Shown here in pieces: positions 11,991-25,200 of a DNA stretch of 64,000 bases. This DNA is from Diadema antillarum. Its lineage: Eukaryota. The translations under genes were made by a program, and so were the position numbers. The notes under the pieces were generated by a model that ran no database searches, was not told where the DNA came from, and saw only the letters and a list, made by a program, of their open reading frames with translations. The stretch lies in the NCBI RefSeq assembly GCF_040938485.1, contig NW_027270997.1, forward strand, positions 186,001 through 250,000, read 5' to 3'. Position 1 is the first letter of the stretch; every line of letters begins with the position of its first letter.

Positions 11991-14900
11991 CAAGTTCAAG
12001 TTTGTATAACATTTATTTTCCATATTTTCTTCATGTAGGAAATCACATGCATGAAATTATTGTACAGGAAGGCAGAACCTCAAAAAAGCAAAGCTTGTGG
12101 TCAGCTGCCTTACAAAATACATTACATCACAAACACAAACACACAAAAAACAAACAAACAAACAATGAAAACATGATAATAGTTCCCATGTTGTTGTTGT
12201 AAGTTTGAATATTATATAAGTAACATGCCAAACCACCATGTCCATTCTCGCAGCCTCTTTCAAGGCGGATTTTCGTTATCGATAGGCACTACAGCAGGGT
12301 TGTATGGTGTAGGAATCAATGCAATGCATGCGTTGTATTTTCTTTGCTTTGGATTGCCTTGTGGGGACCCTACATTGATGTAATACATGCATGTATTACA
12401 GGTATCAGATTTTAAAACCGAGAGCGACTAAATGTGTTCATCTTCATCGCTTTAAGTAGCACATTCTCTCTCATAGAAACACTGACACTCTCCATGTAGT
12501 TACCAACGAATGTAATACCAGCTGACCAGGAAATAATATGGATTAAGATTAATCTTTAAGGTGTATGTGTTTATCCCCTAAACACTCATCTCTACTCAGA
12601 AAATACGCACACACACCAGGCACAAGTTACAACATAAATGCATATTTATGCACATGTATATGTGAACTCCTATACCGCCACATTGCCACTCTGTGCGCAA
12701 CTTTCACAAAAAGGTCACATGTTTACAAAACAGCATTCCACGGACAAACGACGTTGTACTTTTCAAATGTCGATTATCAAAAATTCAGCTTTATCTCACG
12801 AAAGCACATTCTGTTACAGCATTGAGATGAAACATTTCATATAATAAAGATTTCCGAAATCAACACATTCAACATGATATCTTAAAAGCACATAAGTGTT
12901 CCATTTTCTTGGAGACAAACATTTACACGAATTCTCCAAATCGTTGTCATTGCACGGTTTCATAGTCAGGAGCTGGAATAAACGTAATTTCATAACTTTA
13001 TCACATTCAGCGGTCAATTTGTATAAAAATGTTCTTGTGTATAACAATATTTCCTTTTAGTTCTGGACTTCATAATTCTGAAACTAAAATCGCCTCACTG
13101 TCGGCAAAAAAAAAATTTACAGCGAGATTCTCAAATTGTACTACATTAAAGTTAGAACATAAAAGCAGGAATTAAATTACAGTTTATGCAACCGCACATA
13201 GTGTGCGAGCATCTAATATTGTCTTAGTGAAGCACACATTCTTGCAATAGGGGGAAATTAAGGTTCCTAGAATTGACGTCACTTTTTGTCAAGTATCCAG
13301 CGTATGATGTAACGGGCGCATTATGTACAGGTATTCAAAGTGAGCATAGAATTTGTGCGGGGAAAAAGACAAATTTCATGGAAACTGAAGGCTTCAATTA
13401 CTGCGGCCAAATGTCCCGCTGCGTACAAAGTTTTGATCAAGACGTGCATATTGACCATGGAAACAAGTATTCATTACATGAACTCTTACCGTTATTTCAC
13501 ACAAGAAATCAAATTATTGAAACTAGATAACCATTTGAGCACTAACGCTTCTGATTCTGTGTTTTGCAAGCTAGCAAACTTAATGAGAATCCCGTCTCAA
13601 TACTGCAACAAGTGCAAAGTTTACGAAATGATTTGAATGACAATGGGTTGATTATATTTAAGTCATTACAGTAACCCATGAAGTCGTCCTTTAATTTCCC
13701 GTGCATAATCTAACATTACTGAGAACCATTAAAAAAAAAAAACCCTACACAGCATAGAAATTAATCAGTTCAGTATTCAAGAACAAATTCGCAACCGCCA
13801 TCTTCCATAACAATATAAAGAGTTTAATTGCAAAACGGGATAAACGTCATTTCTAAACATTTTAAAGTCCATAATCTACATCAAAATAAAACTTTTGTAG
13901 TGATCCCTCACTTGTTACATAACGAGGAATATACTTGTAGTCATGAATCTATATCCCATAATTATCTTATGATTTTTTTTTAAGCAGCTTTGATAGCAAA
14001 TATCTCAAATTAACTCGGAGTTAACTCGTTTTGAGACAAAACTCTTCAAACTGCCAAATGAAAAACATGTAAAGAGTAGACGGAATCTTAAGTACTTTGA
14101 CGGTTTCCTTGAATCACTTTACTGTTAATTTACGTTACATATACTGTTGACGTTCGCGTATATACTCATAGGATAATCTCAAAACGATAATTTTCCTTCG
14201 CAATTTTGTGAAAAATATTTCACTCTCTAGACACAAGTACATGTTAATCCCGATATGACTCGCCATACAATGCGGTCGACACGGACTTCTACTAGCTCGT
14301 CTATCCACCCTGTCATTTATCAGTATGTATTATAATATTACTTGTACCTTGAAATGTGTCCATATTATGGACACATTTCAAGGTACAAGTATAGTGACCG
14401 AAATCAGTTTTTTTTCAAGGGCCCTCGTGCCGTTGTAAGCGCCGACAAGTACGAGCACAGCAAGCCAACATATAAGTACAAAGAATATTATCATGAAAAT
14501 CAAACGAGATATTTCAAACATGAGGCAAGTGGACAATGACATTAAAGCATTTTTTTTTCTTCAGGAACGATCGAGGGGAGCTGTCTAATCTACAATTAGA
14601 CCCTGCCATTCTGAAGTTATGTGGCGTATTCAGGTAACATTTTCATTCTGAAAGTTGACAGTTTGCTATTAAAGAGGCTAGGATAGGCTATGGTACAACT
14701 CCCGAATAGACCGGTTCTGTAATACATTCAGATTTTGTGCTTGCTTTGTTCACAAAAGTTGCCCTTAACAACCACAAGGCTTGCCCGATTTAGCAACAAC
14801 TAAACGAATTCCTGCCTATGGAAGTTAACGGAAGGGAGCAGGTGTATGAAATGCGTAGTTACTAGGCCGTTGGAAAAGAAACATCCGTACATTCTAGTAG

Positions 14901-17480
14901 ATTACAGAAACGGTCTATCTATACCACTGACTGCGACAGCTTCAGACAGCCTTGATTTTTCATATCCTACGATCACGATGATGATTATGAGCAGAATTAT
15001 CAATCATACTAAAGATCAAACAGAAGAATAAGTAATTGGTTTGATGCTCCCCTACACTCCACGACAAGAGCTGACTTTGATATATAGGCCTACTAGCTAC
15101 CTATTGTATCCCTTGTAAAATTTCCACAAGACTACAGCATGAACGATTACCAGTCTATCATACCAAGAGGTTTCTAAAACAAGCATCTCATTCTTTTTTT
15201 TTTCATCACATGAGGAAAAACCAATCTCAGAGTAACTGCGGTCTTAAAACCCTCGAAGGTATTGAAGTTAAATAAGTAAAATTAAGTACTGAAGACTTAT
15301 ACACAAAGGTACCCAATGCAAAGGCACCTAGAAATTAAAGCTGTATGCAGAAGATTCTGCCTCTGCATAATCTCATGACCCTATAAGACAACATAAACAC
15401 ATTGATGCTCTGCTGACTCAGTCTAGATTAATACCAAATATGGCAAACTTTGCCACTGAGCAGTTTAATGATGTCCAGATGGAAAAAAAAACAACAACAT
15501 GGAAGAATGTAAAAACTCTGAAAGTAATCTTGTGTCACCATCAAGCTATTGGTTAACATTTACAGTACATCACTTTCATTTTATTCTAACACTCGTGTAT
15601 CAGGAATAAATTGAGTGTGATAAATCCGGTAAAAAACACATTTACAACTTTTGTTTCACAATCAGTTTTTTTGGCGTTTGTTTGTTTTCAAAAACTTCAT
15701 TTTCACACACAATAATAGAACCACTGAAGCTAATACCATTCAAGCGAACACTGTTGAATAATACCTTTTTAAAACAAAATGAAATTTAATGCCCCTGCCA
15801 CTTTACCCCTTACATTACACATACTGCACAGAACGACATCACATACGTTGGGTCTTCCGAATTCACCTTTGATTTGTCTAAAATAATCTACTGACACGGG
15901 AAGGCATGGCTGGTTAACTTTAGTCAGTATCATCGGCAACGTTCATGCACATAATGTCTATCGAGTATTTTCAGATAGTGGTGCTGAAAGGGTTAAATGT
16001 TGTAACTCTCTAAGGCATCATGAGATGTATTGTACGGCAAAAGCTCCCTGCAATGTACCGATGTTGCACGCTAACAGAACATAATACATTCAAATTGGCG
16101 TTTGAGATAAGACGTTATCTTACAACTACAATAAGCAAGATTCCTATGTCAAATTTAATACTTTGAAATATCATGTTTTTGGTGTCCAAGGAAATGCGTC
16201 CCGTAAACTTGATCTGAAATTGACAGGAGCCATCCTGACACGAATTACTATCTACCTACACAATTTTTCTGCAAACTGTACAAAGTAATCTTACCCTGAA
16301 CACATTTATGCTAAAACTCAATATCATTTATTCTTTTTTTAATTAATTGTTGTTATCATTTTTAACCTCTCCGCTTTAAGATCAATCCTGTGTGAATATC
16401 TTAAATCTATTACCTTCTATCAATCCTACTTTCTGGTGAGTAGAACAATTACTAGTTTTCCACTAAAGCGCTTACCAATTTCAAATGGAATGTATAGAAC
16501 ACATTTGGAACATAAATACAGGTTGTACTGAACCTTGCTGTTTACACACAATACAATCAGTGAATTTGTAATTTTTCAATTTGTACCCACCAAGATGAAA
16601 AGAACTAAAATTGTGCAGTGCATTGTTGGATGGTGATATCTATGTATACCGGTCATTCACAAGTATTATTACTAAAGGAGCTAGGCATTAGTTCATCATA
16701 TCATGTTGACAGCCAAGCGAGAATCTGATATACAGATTATCAGCCAACTGACCTGACATGTACATATTTGCGAGTGTGTGATATTTTCAGTGGCCATGAT
16801 CTGACTTATTTGATCAACTTTAATCACTAGACAGTGAAATTTGTCCTAATTTGTTTTAGGAAGTCTTTAATTACTGAGCAAGAAACAGAGCTTATCAACA
16901 GAAATGCATAGGAAGGATTACCGTCTTCCATGTCCCTTCCAATTTATGAAATGACAAACCACCTTCAATATACGATGTATATATACATTTTTTTTTTTTC
17001 CAAAATAGCATCTCAAAATTACCAACACCTGGCAGAAAAAAAAAGAGAGTGAAATTGCAAAGTATCAGGGTTCTTTTCCAAACAGTCGACTAAACAACTG
17101 CAACACTGCAACAACAGAAGGCACAAAATTCTTTATTCCCTTGCTTACTGCACAGAAGAAAAGAAAAAAGTGAATTCATAGACAATTTGGTGAAGTGAGG
17201 CTCTTGTCAAATTTGTGATTAAGGCACACAAAGTAATGACAAGCACAGCTAAATTGAAATCAGAAATTGTCATCTTCTAAACTGTCATTTTGGCATGATT
17301 GCCAAATCATCACATGCCTATGTAGGAGCACATCTAATAGCATATGTTCATATCTTGATTAATTGCAGAGATGATGAAGAGCTAGAAATATTATATTCAT
17401 TACATCCAGTGCAAAATATGATGTGATTCATTCTTTTTATCTTTTTTTTTACACCTTAGATAACGAATTTGCATTACAAC

Positions 17481-17582
17481 ACTCTCCTGTTCATTCATTC
17501 ATCTGTACTCCATTTCGGTAATGACCTGAAGGTGAAGGTCATTGCCGAAATGGAGTACAGATGAATGAACGAACAGGAGAGT
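17481..17582. repeat. Long inverted repeat (47-bp arms, 8-nt loop)
   Basis: 17481-17527 is the reverse complement of 17536-17582 with 2 differences. Confidence 0.95.
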
Positions 17583-17669
17583 ACAGATGAAGGAATGAAC
17601 AGAAGGAGAGTACAGACAAAGGAATGAATGGATAGACTGACCGACAGACCAAGACACTCCACCTGATGC

Positions 17670-18190
17670 ATACACAGTGCTGAGACACTCGGCAAACATA
17701 AACAAACATAACAAATGAACACAGTGCTGAGACACTCAGCAAACATAAACAAACATAACAAATGACAATAGTGTTGTGACACTCAGCAAACATAAACAAA
17801 CATAACAAATGAACACAGTGCTGAGACACTCAGCAAACATAAACAAACATAACAAATGAACACAGTGCTGAGACACTCAGCAAACATAAACGAACATAAC
17901 AAATGAACACAGTGCTGAGACACTCAGCAAACATAAACAAACATAACAAATGAACACAGTGCTGAGACACTCAGCAAACATAAACAAACATAACAAATGA
18001 ACACAGTGCTGAGACACTCAGCAAACATAAACAAACATAACAAATGAACACAGTGTTGTAACACTCAGCAAACATAAACGAACATAACAAATGAACACAG
18101 TGCTGAGACACTCAGCAAACATAAACAAACATAACAAATGAACACAGTGTTGTAACACTCAGCAAACATAACCAAACATAACAAATGAAC
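17670..18190. repeat. Minisatellite, 47-bp unit x11
   Basis: Unit gaacacagtgctgagacactcagcaaacataaacaaacataacaaat at an exact 47-bp period (17670, 17717 ... 18140). Confidence 0.97.
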
Positions 18191-19101
18191 AAACAAAGAT
18201 GACAATGAAATGTCACAAACAAACCTGCCCCACGCTGCACCTTAAATGCAACACGCCCACCACACAATCCACACACAAGTACTGACTGGTATGTGCTTTC
18301 TTGTGATGCCTAGTACACATGTGGAGAATCTCCATGCCGTTCAAATAAAGGCGGCAAAGTGACATAGAATGGAAGACAGAAATAACCCAATGCACTGATT
18401 CACTCACACATTATGACCTATCCAAAATACAGATTCAACTGCTACGGTTAAGTAGATATATAACAACAGTGATACATTATGCAAAGTATTAATACCACTT
18501 TCAAAAAGGAAGCCTATACCTTGAATAACACAATAATATTATTTTATAATCTGAGATAGTCATGCACTCTCATGTAACGTACATAAAGTATGCATTCAAA
18601 CTTTGCACTGATTAATTGCAAGTATCGACAAAAGGAGTTGCCATTTAGCTTGGTCACATAAATTTTTCAAACTCTTGCTGATACATCTTGCGTAACTCAT
18701 CAATACAGACTTTGGTACAGTTTATCCCGCATATTTACATCATGCAATTTCTATCGCTGGAGACTTGGAAACCCAGAGGTTTGTCTGCTCTGATATCATG
18801 AAAGGTGCAAACTTGCTCCGACAAAATCCGAGCTCATGAATTACACTTGCTGACAATGAGAAAATAATACTGCACACCTACGTTTGAAATCTATTTACTT
18901 CCAGTGAAGCAAATTAATAATGACAATCACATCTGAAAACCAAAAAAAGTATTGTATTTTCTTCCTTCACCAGAATGCCTTGTGACAAATCATGGCTCTG
19001 CTCTATAAAATGGAAAGAATTCTTAAAACCAAAAGATTAAAAACAAAAACCCAGCTACAACAGAAATAAGAAACTGACTGCAACATCACCATAGGTCGGT
19101 G

Positions 19102-19275
19102 CTAGTCACGGCCCACCATGTGCGTGTCTTGTGGAGGGTCTATTCTGTACATCCACTCAGCAGGGATGAAGTAGCCGTGATACGAGGCAGCTTTGCCGTT
19201 CATGTCGTAGTGGTAGTGGCCACCTTGGCCATGTTGGCTGAAACAGTGCGTGTGATGCACTCGCAGGTCCAGTCC
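19102..19275 (-). CDS. C11orf54: C11orf54 coding exon 8 (Zn-binding histidines, stop)
   Basis: GLDLRVHHTHCFSQHGQGGHYH...RIDPPQDTHMVGRD*. Confidence 0.95.
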   Translation of the reverse strand, partial: GLDLRVHHTHCFSQHGQGGHYHYDMNGKAASYHGYFIPAEWMYRIDPPQDTHMVGRD

Positions 19276-22200
19276 CTGGGGGGAAAAAAGGGCAAAAAAG
19301 TCCCTGTTTGAGCAGAGAGTCATGGTCTTTGAGCACTGGATGGGCTGCTGCAACTCTCCAGGCACCAGTTATAAATATGAGACCTTTCAACAATCAGAAG
19401 TCAAGTTTATTGTTGTGACAATTGTTGTGACTGATGATTATTTCCACTGTCAAACAGTGCACTGACATACAAGTTGTAGTAGAGTTCCTGGTAACTGATC
19501 GGCTTAATCTGAACTCAATTCTGCCTATGACAGCAACCAAGATTGTGACCATATCATTTGAGTCACCATCATCCCAANNNNNNNNNNNNNNNNNNNNNNN
19601 NNNNNNNNNNNNNNNNNNNNNNNNNNNNNNNNNNNNNNNNNNNNNNNNNNNNNNNNNNNNNNNNNNNNNNNNNNNNNNNNNNNNNNNNNNNNNNNNNNNN
19701 NNNNNNNNNNNNNNNNNNNNNNNNNNNNNNNNNNNNNNNAGGCAAGAATGATAAGAATTCTGTCAAACTTGGTTGTATAGCAAAGAAAATTTTGGGATTT
19801 TAAATTTTTGTATGTCTTTGACAATCAATTTGAGTAGTGGAAACAACACAGGATTTCAATTGATGGAGGTGACGATGTCAGCATCTCACAAGTTTCTCAT
19901 TGAACTGTACACAAACCTTCGAAAAAATTTCCCCTTTTTCAAAATGAAATCAGAAGGAATAAAATGTATCCTACTAAATCATTGATGCAACGTTATCATG
20001 TTGCAACTATGTCTTTGTCTTATTAGGGGAAAGACATTTCAGGTGCTGGCCAACTAACCAAACGCATTTGCACTTGGAGAGTGCAGACCTCTGCCAAGCA
20101 ACGCATTTCCATCCATATAGCTGTATGTACGCATTCCAAAAATCACAAATTTTCCAATATGATGGAGTCTCGTGTTTACCTCATCAGCTTCCAGTTGCGC
20201 AGCGCCTGGAGCAAAGCTTGTGCTTTAGTGAGCATGCATGCAAACCCCAACTACGCGCAGGTTGAAGTCCCAAGTTCATTAACCCTATTTGGCAAAAGAT
20301 GAAAAAATTCTTCAAAAATTCACAAAAATTCCTGGATCACCACCAATATCTAATTAAATTATTTTCATCGTTATCAACTTTTCCTGTAAGTTTCATCCAA
20401 ATTTGTTCACAACTTTTTGAGTCGTTTTGCAAGCACACAGAAAAACAAACCAACAGCGATGAAAGCATAACCTCCTTGGCAAGGGTAATAGTATTTTCAT
20501 GTACAAACCAATGAGAGAATTGTTGAGTGGAGACATCGTTGCCTCTTCCAAGTCATGAGTATTTGGTAAAAACATGTGAGACTTTCAAACTCTACAAATT
20601 TAATTTTTTTACATATCTACAAATTGTATGTCTGATTTCGCTCGAGCTTCTTTAATCCTGTTTTCCTCTATCCATGCTGTATACTCATTACTGTGATATG
20701 GTATTTTGTTATCTCATGTAGTTCTTACACTTGCAACAATGATTATTTTCTTGAGTGACAAAAAGAAGAAGAAAGTTTAAAAGTTCACTGTCAACTTGAA
20801 CACTGTGGAATTGCACTTTCATGAGGCCTGAGATGAGGACTGATTTTGTTCTGGATAGAAGCAAATAAGGGAGTGCTACATGATACATTACTTTTTTGAC
20901 AGATGCCACTAATATGTCTGACAACATACAAAAGAAGGGGGAACCCGAACAAAAAACAAACAAACAAACAAACAAACAAACAAACAAACAAACAAACAAA
21001 CAAACAAACACCAAAATATTACATGTGGAAATTTTTTATAATTGCCTTGTCTAATATGCCTAGTATGTGGTTTCACTTTGTACCCCTTATGTTTTAAGGA
21101 AACTTCAACCGTTTTGTTTGGCTGCTTTCACTAAATCTTGTCATTTCAAATTAGACATGGACTGATTCAAACAAATCTAATTTGTTTATAACTCACAAAC
21201 TTTTTCAACTGACAACAGTAATATGTGTGCTTAGGAATGCTCTGATGCTTTTGCAATGTCTCAAAGACAGACAGACAGACAGTGAGAGAAACAGCCATAA
21301 CTCACCGGGTCATGAGACACAAACACACTGGCGCACTCTAAAGGTCCTTTGAAGTCAAAGAACTGGAGCCATCTATTAACATCTTCTTCTGTGTTCAACG
21401 GTGTCTTGGAAAAGTCCGGCTGGCAAAGAAAAAAAGCTCAAGCTCAGTATCTGGTACTTAAAAATAATGAGTTGTTTGACCAAACATACCATGTTTGAAA
21501 TAGCATCAAATTTCAATTTACAGTTCTGCTAAAATGATGTTAACAAATAATTGTCATTGTAAAGTGATAATGTATCACAGAACAAGCTGGAAGCACAATA
21601 GGCTCATAAAATTTGAAAAAAACCCCACCCAAATGTATCTATTTACAGTAGAGCCACTATCTGTGCATCAAATTTGCATCAATATGATTCATAGACACAG
21701 TAATGATAGATGCTTCAAGTTGATGTCAAATTTTCTCTCAGGTAGTAGTTGTCAAGAATACTAGAATTCAAGCCAATGATCACTCAGTCTTGGTCAGAAG
21801 GAACATTAGGAATGCTACCCAAAAACTGAAACATCAATGAACTTGTGTAGATTAGACATTTAATACTAATGTTAATCCCCTTGGACAAGTATAGACAAAG
21901 TTATTATTGTAATAGTAAGTACCTAGGAAATCTGCATAGCACATTATTTGACAAGTAAAAAACTACTTTAAAAAAAATAAAAAAAATAATGCATTCCATA
22001 TATCACAATAATTGAAATTGTTGAAATGAAGTTTTGAACTTTGTTGAAGCAAATTCTTATGAAGGACTAATTTACCAGAAGTATGCACATACTGATTATG
22101 CTATTGGAGAGAGAAGTGGAGTATCCCCTGAAAATGCACATAGAGCACTTCTAGGATGTAATTAACAATAAACAGCTCTTGATCTTCCACATATTAACCA

Positions 22201-25200
22201 TTTCTGTGCCAGGGATTTTGGCCAGTATGTACAACACTATGGGGTTTTCAGCACCACACAGCACTCAAAAGCGCACATAGGGTTAAGGGCAGATAAAGTT
22301 ATAGCCTCAAGAGCCAAGAACATAGCATTGAGGATGGGCGGGTATAACGAACAACAGCTCACCATAATGTGAATCTTAGCCACGCCTTCCACCATGAGAA
22401 ACACGCCCCCTAGGCCGATGAACTTCTCCTTGCCGTAGTGCTTGTGCAGGGCTGTGCGCATCGCCGTGACAAAATCATCCACGCCCCGTCTGATGGAAGC
22501 TTTCACCTCAAGCACCTGATGTCAAGGCATAAAAATTGCTCTCTTATATTTGATATAAAAGTAACATATAATCTATACAAATGGTCTATCTTCTGCCTAT
22601 GAAACATATAAAAAGATAACTCCATCCTTTTATAATTTGTTTCTTATTGCTTTTTTCCACTAGATAGTCCTCCAATGAATTCCCCCCCAAACATACTGCT
22701 CAAGATGCTCTCTTTTGCCTTTTAAATGTGCAACAGTTTTTTCTATACTCTTTTCAATGCAAAATGTAAATGGGAAAATTGAGTATTAAAACATTTTGTG
22801 TGTTCTTTACTACAAAAAAGACAACAACAAATAAACAAAACATAAATATAATGAGAGAACAAAGCTTGGAATGCTGTGTCACCACTGTAGTAAATGGTCT
22901 GACTATGTCTGCATTCAGCAAACAGCCAGTAAACTACAGACACACTAAACTACCTGTATCCTCGCAATGGTGTATTATGGCTCTTTGAGGGGTCTGGTTT
23001 CAGTGCAAAAGAGAAAATCTAAATTCTGGTTTCATTGATTCGGATTTCCCATCAACAGAACAAAACTTGCGATGAAAAAAGAAAAATAATTAAATCCAAC
23101 AATGCTGAAGCTTTCCACTCATAAAGGAGAAGTCACAAATTCATAAGGCTAATAACATTATACTGTTTACGCCACATATCTAGAGTGTCAAATTTCTCCT
23201 GAATCTGGACTCTTCAACTATTTCCAAACTGTAAAATTTGCAATTACACAGTACGGTAATGAACAGAGAAACATACGTATGCACATCACATTCACGATGG
23301 AATCAGAGTATTTTGGTGTTTTACACGTATGAAGTTTATAAATAGCACTTGACTCCCAAAATTTGCAAAAACAATAAACTCACGAAATATTTGGCATGTA
23401 ACAGTATCATAATAATATCAAAGGGAGTATATGCAAGAACACGCTCCCTTTGCCGTATGAACAGAGGTGGGCTCACTTTTCCTTGCTTGCCTTCGGAGAC
23501 CAAGAAATTTCCCAGCAGGTTGAAGTCTCTGCTGGGACTCCTGCGGAGGCAGACGGAGCCATCTTCTGGTGTGAGGAGAGCGATGTGGGTCTGGTTGTCT
23601 CCTTCGCTGTTCTCAGACTTGGTCTTGATATTGGTAATCATCTGAGAGACAGGAATTGTGCAAAGAAAACAGGACGGGAGCAGAGAAAAAAAAAATATTT
23701 ACAAAATCTCAGTAGTTCAAGATCAATGAAATCATTGATATAACCTGCTGTGAGCAAAGTTATTACTTTAATTTCGATAGACCAACTGATTAACATATTC
23801 AAACTCTATGCATACTTTTATGACAAAGCTTGCTCCCGATAAGCAGAAAGCTGCCCAAGACTTGCCCAGCATTGCAACATGTTCAAAGATGCTTTAGGTA
23901 TACAAAGGTGGGTGGAATAACTTGTCACTACCTCCTATGAGGAACAAACAACATGAATAAGCCTATTGAATGTAATCAACAGATGGTATTTGATATGATA
24001 TCTTTGAATATCAAGATTGAGTGTACTCTGGTAATCACTTGAAAAAGTTAGATGACAATGAATGTACAAAATTTTTTTCCTAGACTGTAGACTACTTTTT
24101 TGACTACTTCTTTTGATACACCAACAAGTCACGTCAAAGACACAGCTGTATTGAAAAGCGCTTGACCTGTTCAAAACTGAAAGAAAATCACCCAGATTTG
24201 GAATGCAGTAACTGAAATGGTGCACCTACTTACAAAAAATCTCTTTGAAAGCCGATGAACACCTATAAAAAGTTTTCAGGAAACTTTTATAATTTCAAGC
24301 ACAGTATCACAAAAGTCTAGTGGAAAAAGTGGAAAAATTTGCTGAGGGTTGCTTTGAGGGAACCTAACTGGGCGATTTTGGTATACATGGCTCCTAAATT
24401 CAGAATTTTACAAGACTTTGACTGCTGCATTAGTTGCTGTTATTATTGTTCTACGGAAATATCTTTGGTCACAATCGAGTGGCAGATCCAGAGGGGGGCG
24501 CACCGGGCGCGTGCCCCCTCTTTATTTTTTTGTCAAAACAAAAGAAATAAAACAGAAAAAAAAGGGGGGGCTGTGTGTGCCCCCTTTAATTTTGCAGAGG
24601 CGCCTCCCCTTTACAGAATTCCTGGATCCGCCCCTGCAATGATATTTCCGAAACAGCTGCTGGGTGAAATGCCAACCTCTGAGTTGACCCCGATGGCATC
24701 ACATGGGCCAGCCCCAGCACCGATGATGAAGCCCCCTGGTACATCCACCTGCCTTGCAACTTCATCCAGATTATACTTCTGTTGAGAAAATGTTGGAAGA
24801 GGAGTAAGTCATAACATATCAGCGGCAGATCCCAAAGGGGGCGCATTGGGCTCGCACCCCCTCTTTATTTTTTGTTAAAACAAAAGAAATGAAAAAAAAT
24901 GGGGGGGGGGGGCATGCCCCCCTCTTAATTATGTAAAGGTGCCTCCCCTTTATGGAATTCCTGGATCCGCCCCCACATATGCATTAAATATAATCTACAG
25001 AGTGTCTTTAAAACATTACAAGAAGTGAATGAATAATAATAGAAAAATTATATGAATTATCTTTATGAATTTGTAAATAAATGAATGAATGAAATAACTG
25101 TAGGTTTGTTGCAGCGAAGATAGGTATTTCTGTAGAGTGACCAGAATTCCTCTATGTTTAACATCATATCAGAGAATGGGAACATCTCAGGTAACATTTG

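Noticed and set aside
12379-12400. 22-bp perfect palindrome tgtaatacatgcatgtattaca
   Set aside because: AT-rich and built on the TACATGTA-like motif that is common throughout this sequence; no supporting context.
17676-17681. CAGTGC as an iron-responsive element loop
   Set aside because: The flanks do not form the 5-bp stem with a C bulge, and the motif is on the strand opposite the C11orf54 mRNA.
17495-17829. ORFs with repeated SQHCVHLLCLFMFAECL
   Set aside because: These are translations of the 47-bp minisatellite; the unit is not a multiple of 3 and there are no splice signals.
17670-18190. CRISPR-like appearance (regular period, palindromic repeats)
   Set aside because: There are no unique spacers: whole units repeat. 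No cas genes are present and the context is eukaryotic.
19434-19824. ORFs spanning the N run
   Set aside because: Artefacts of the assembly gap.
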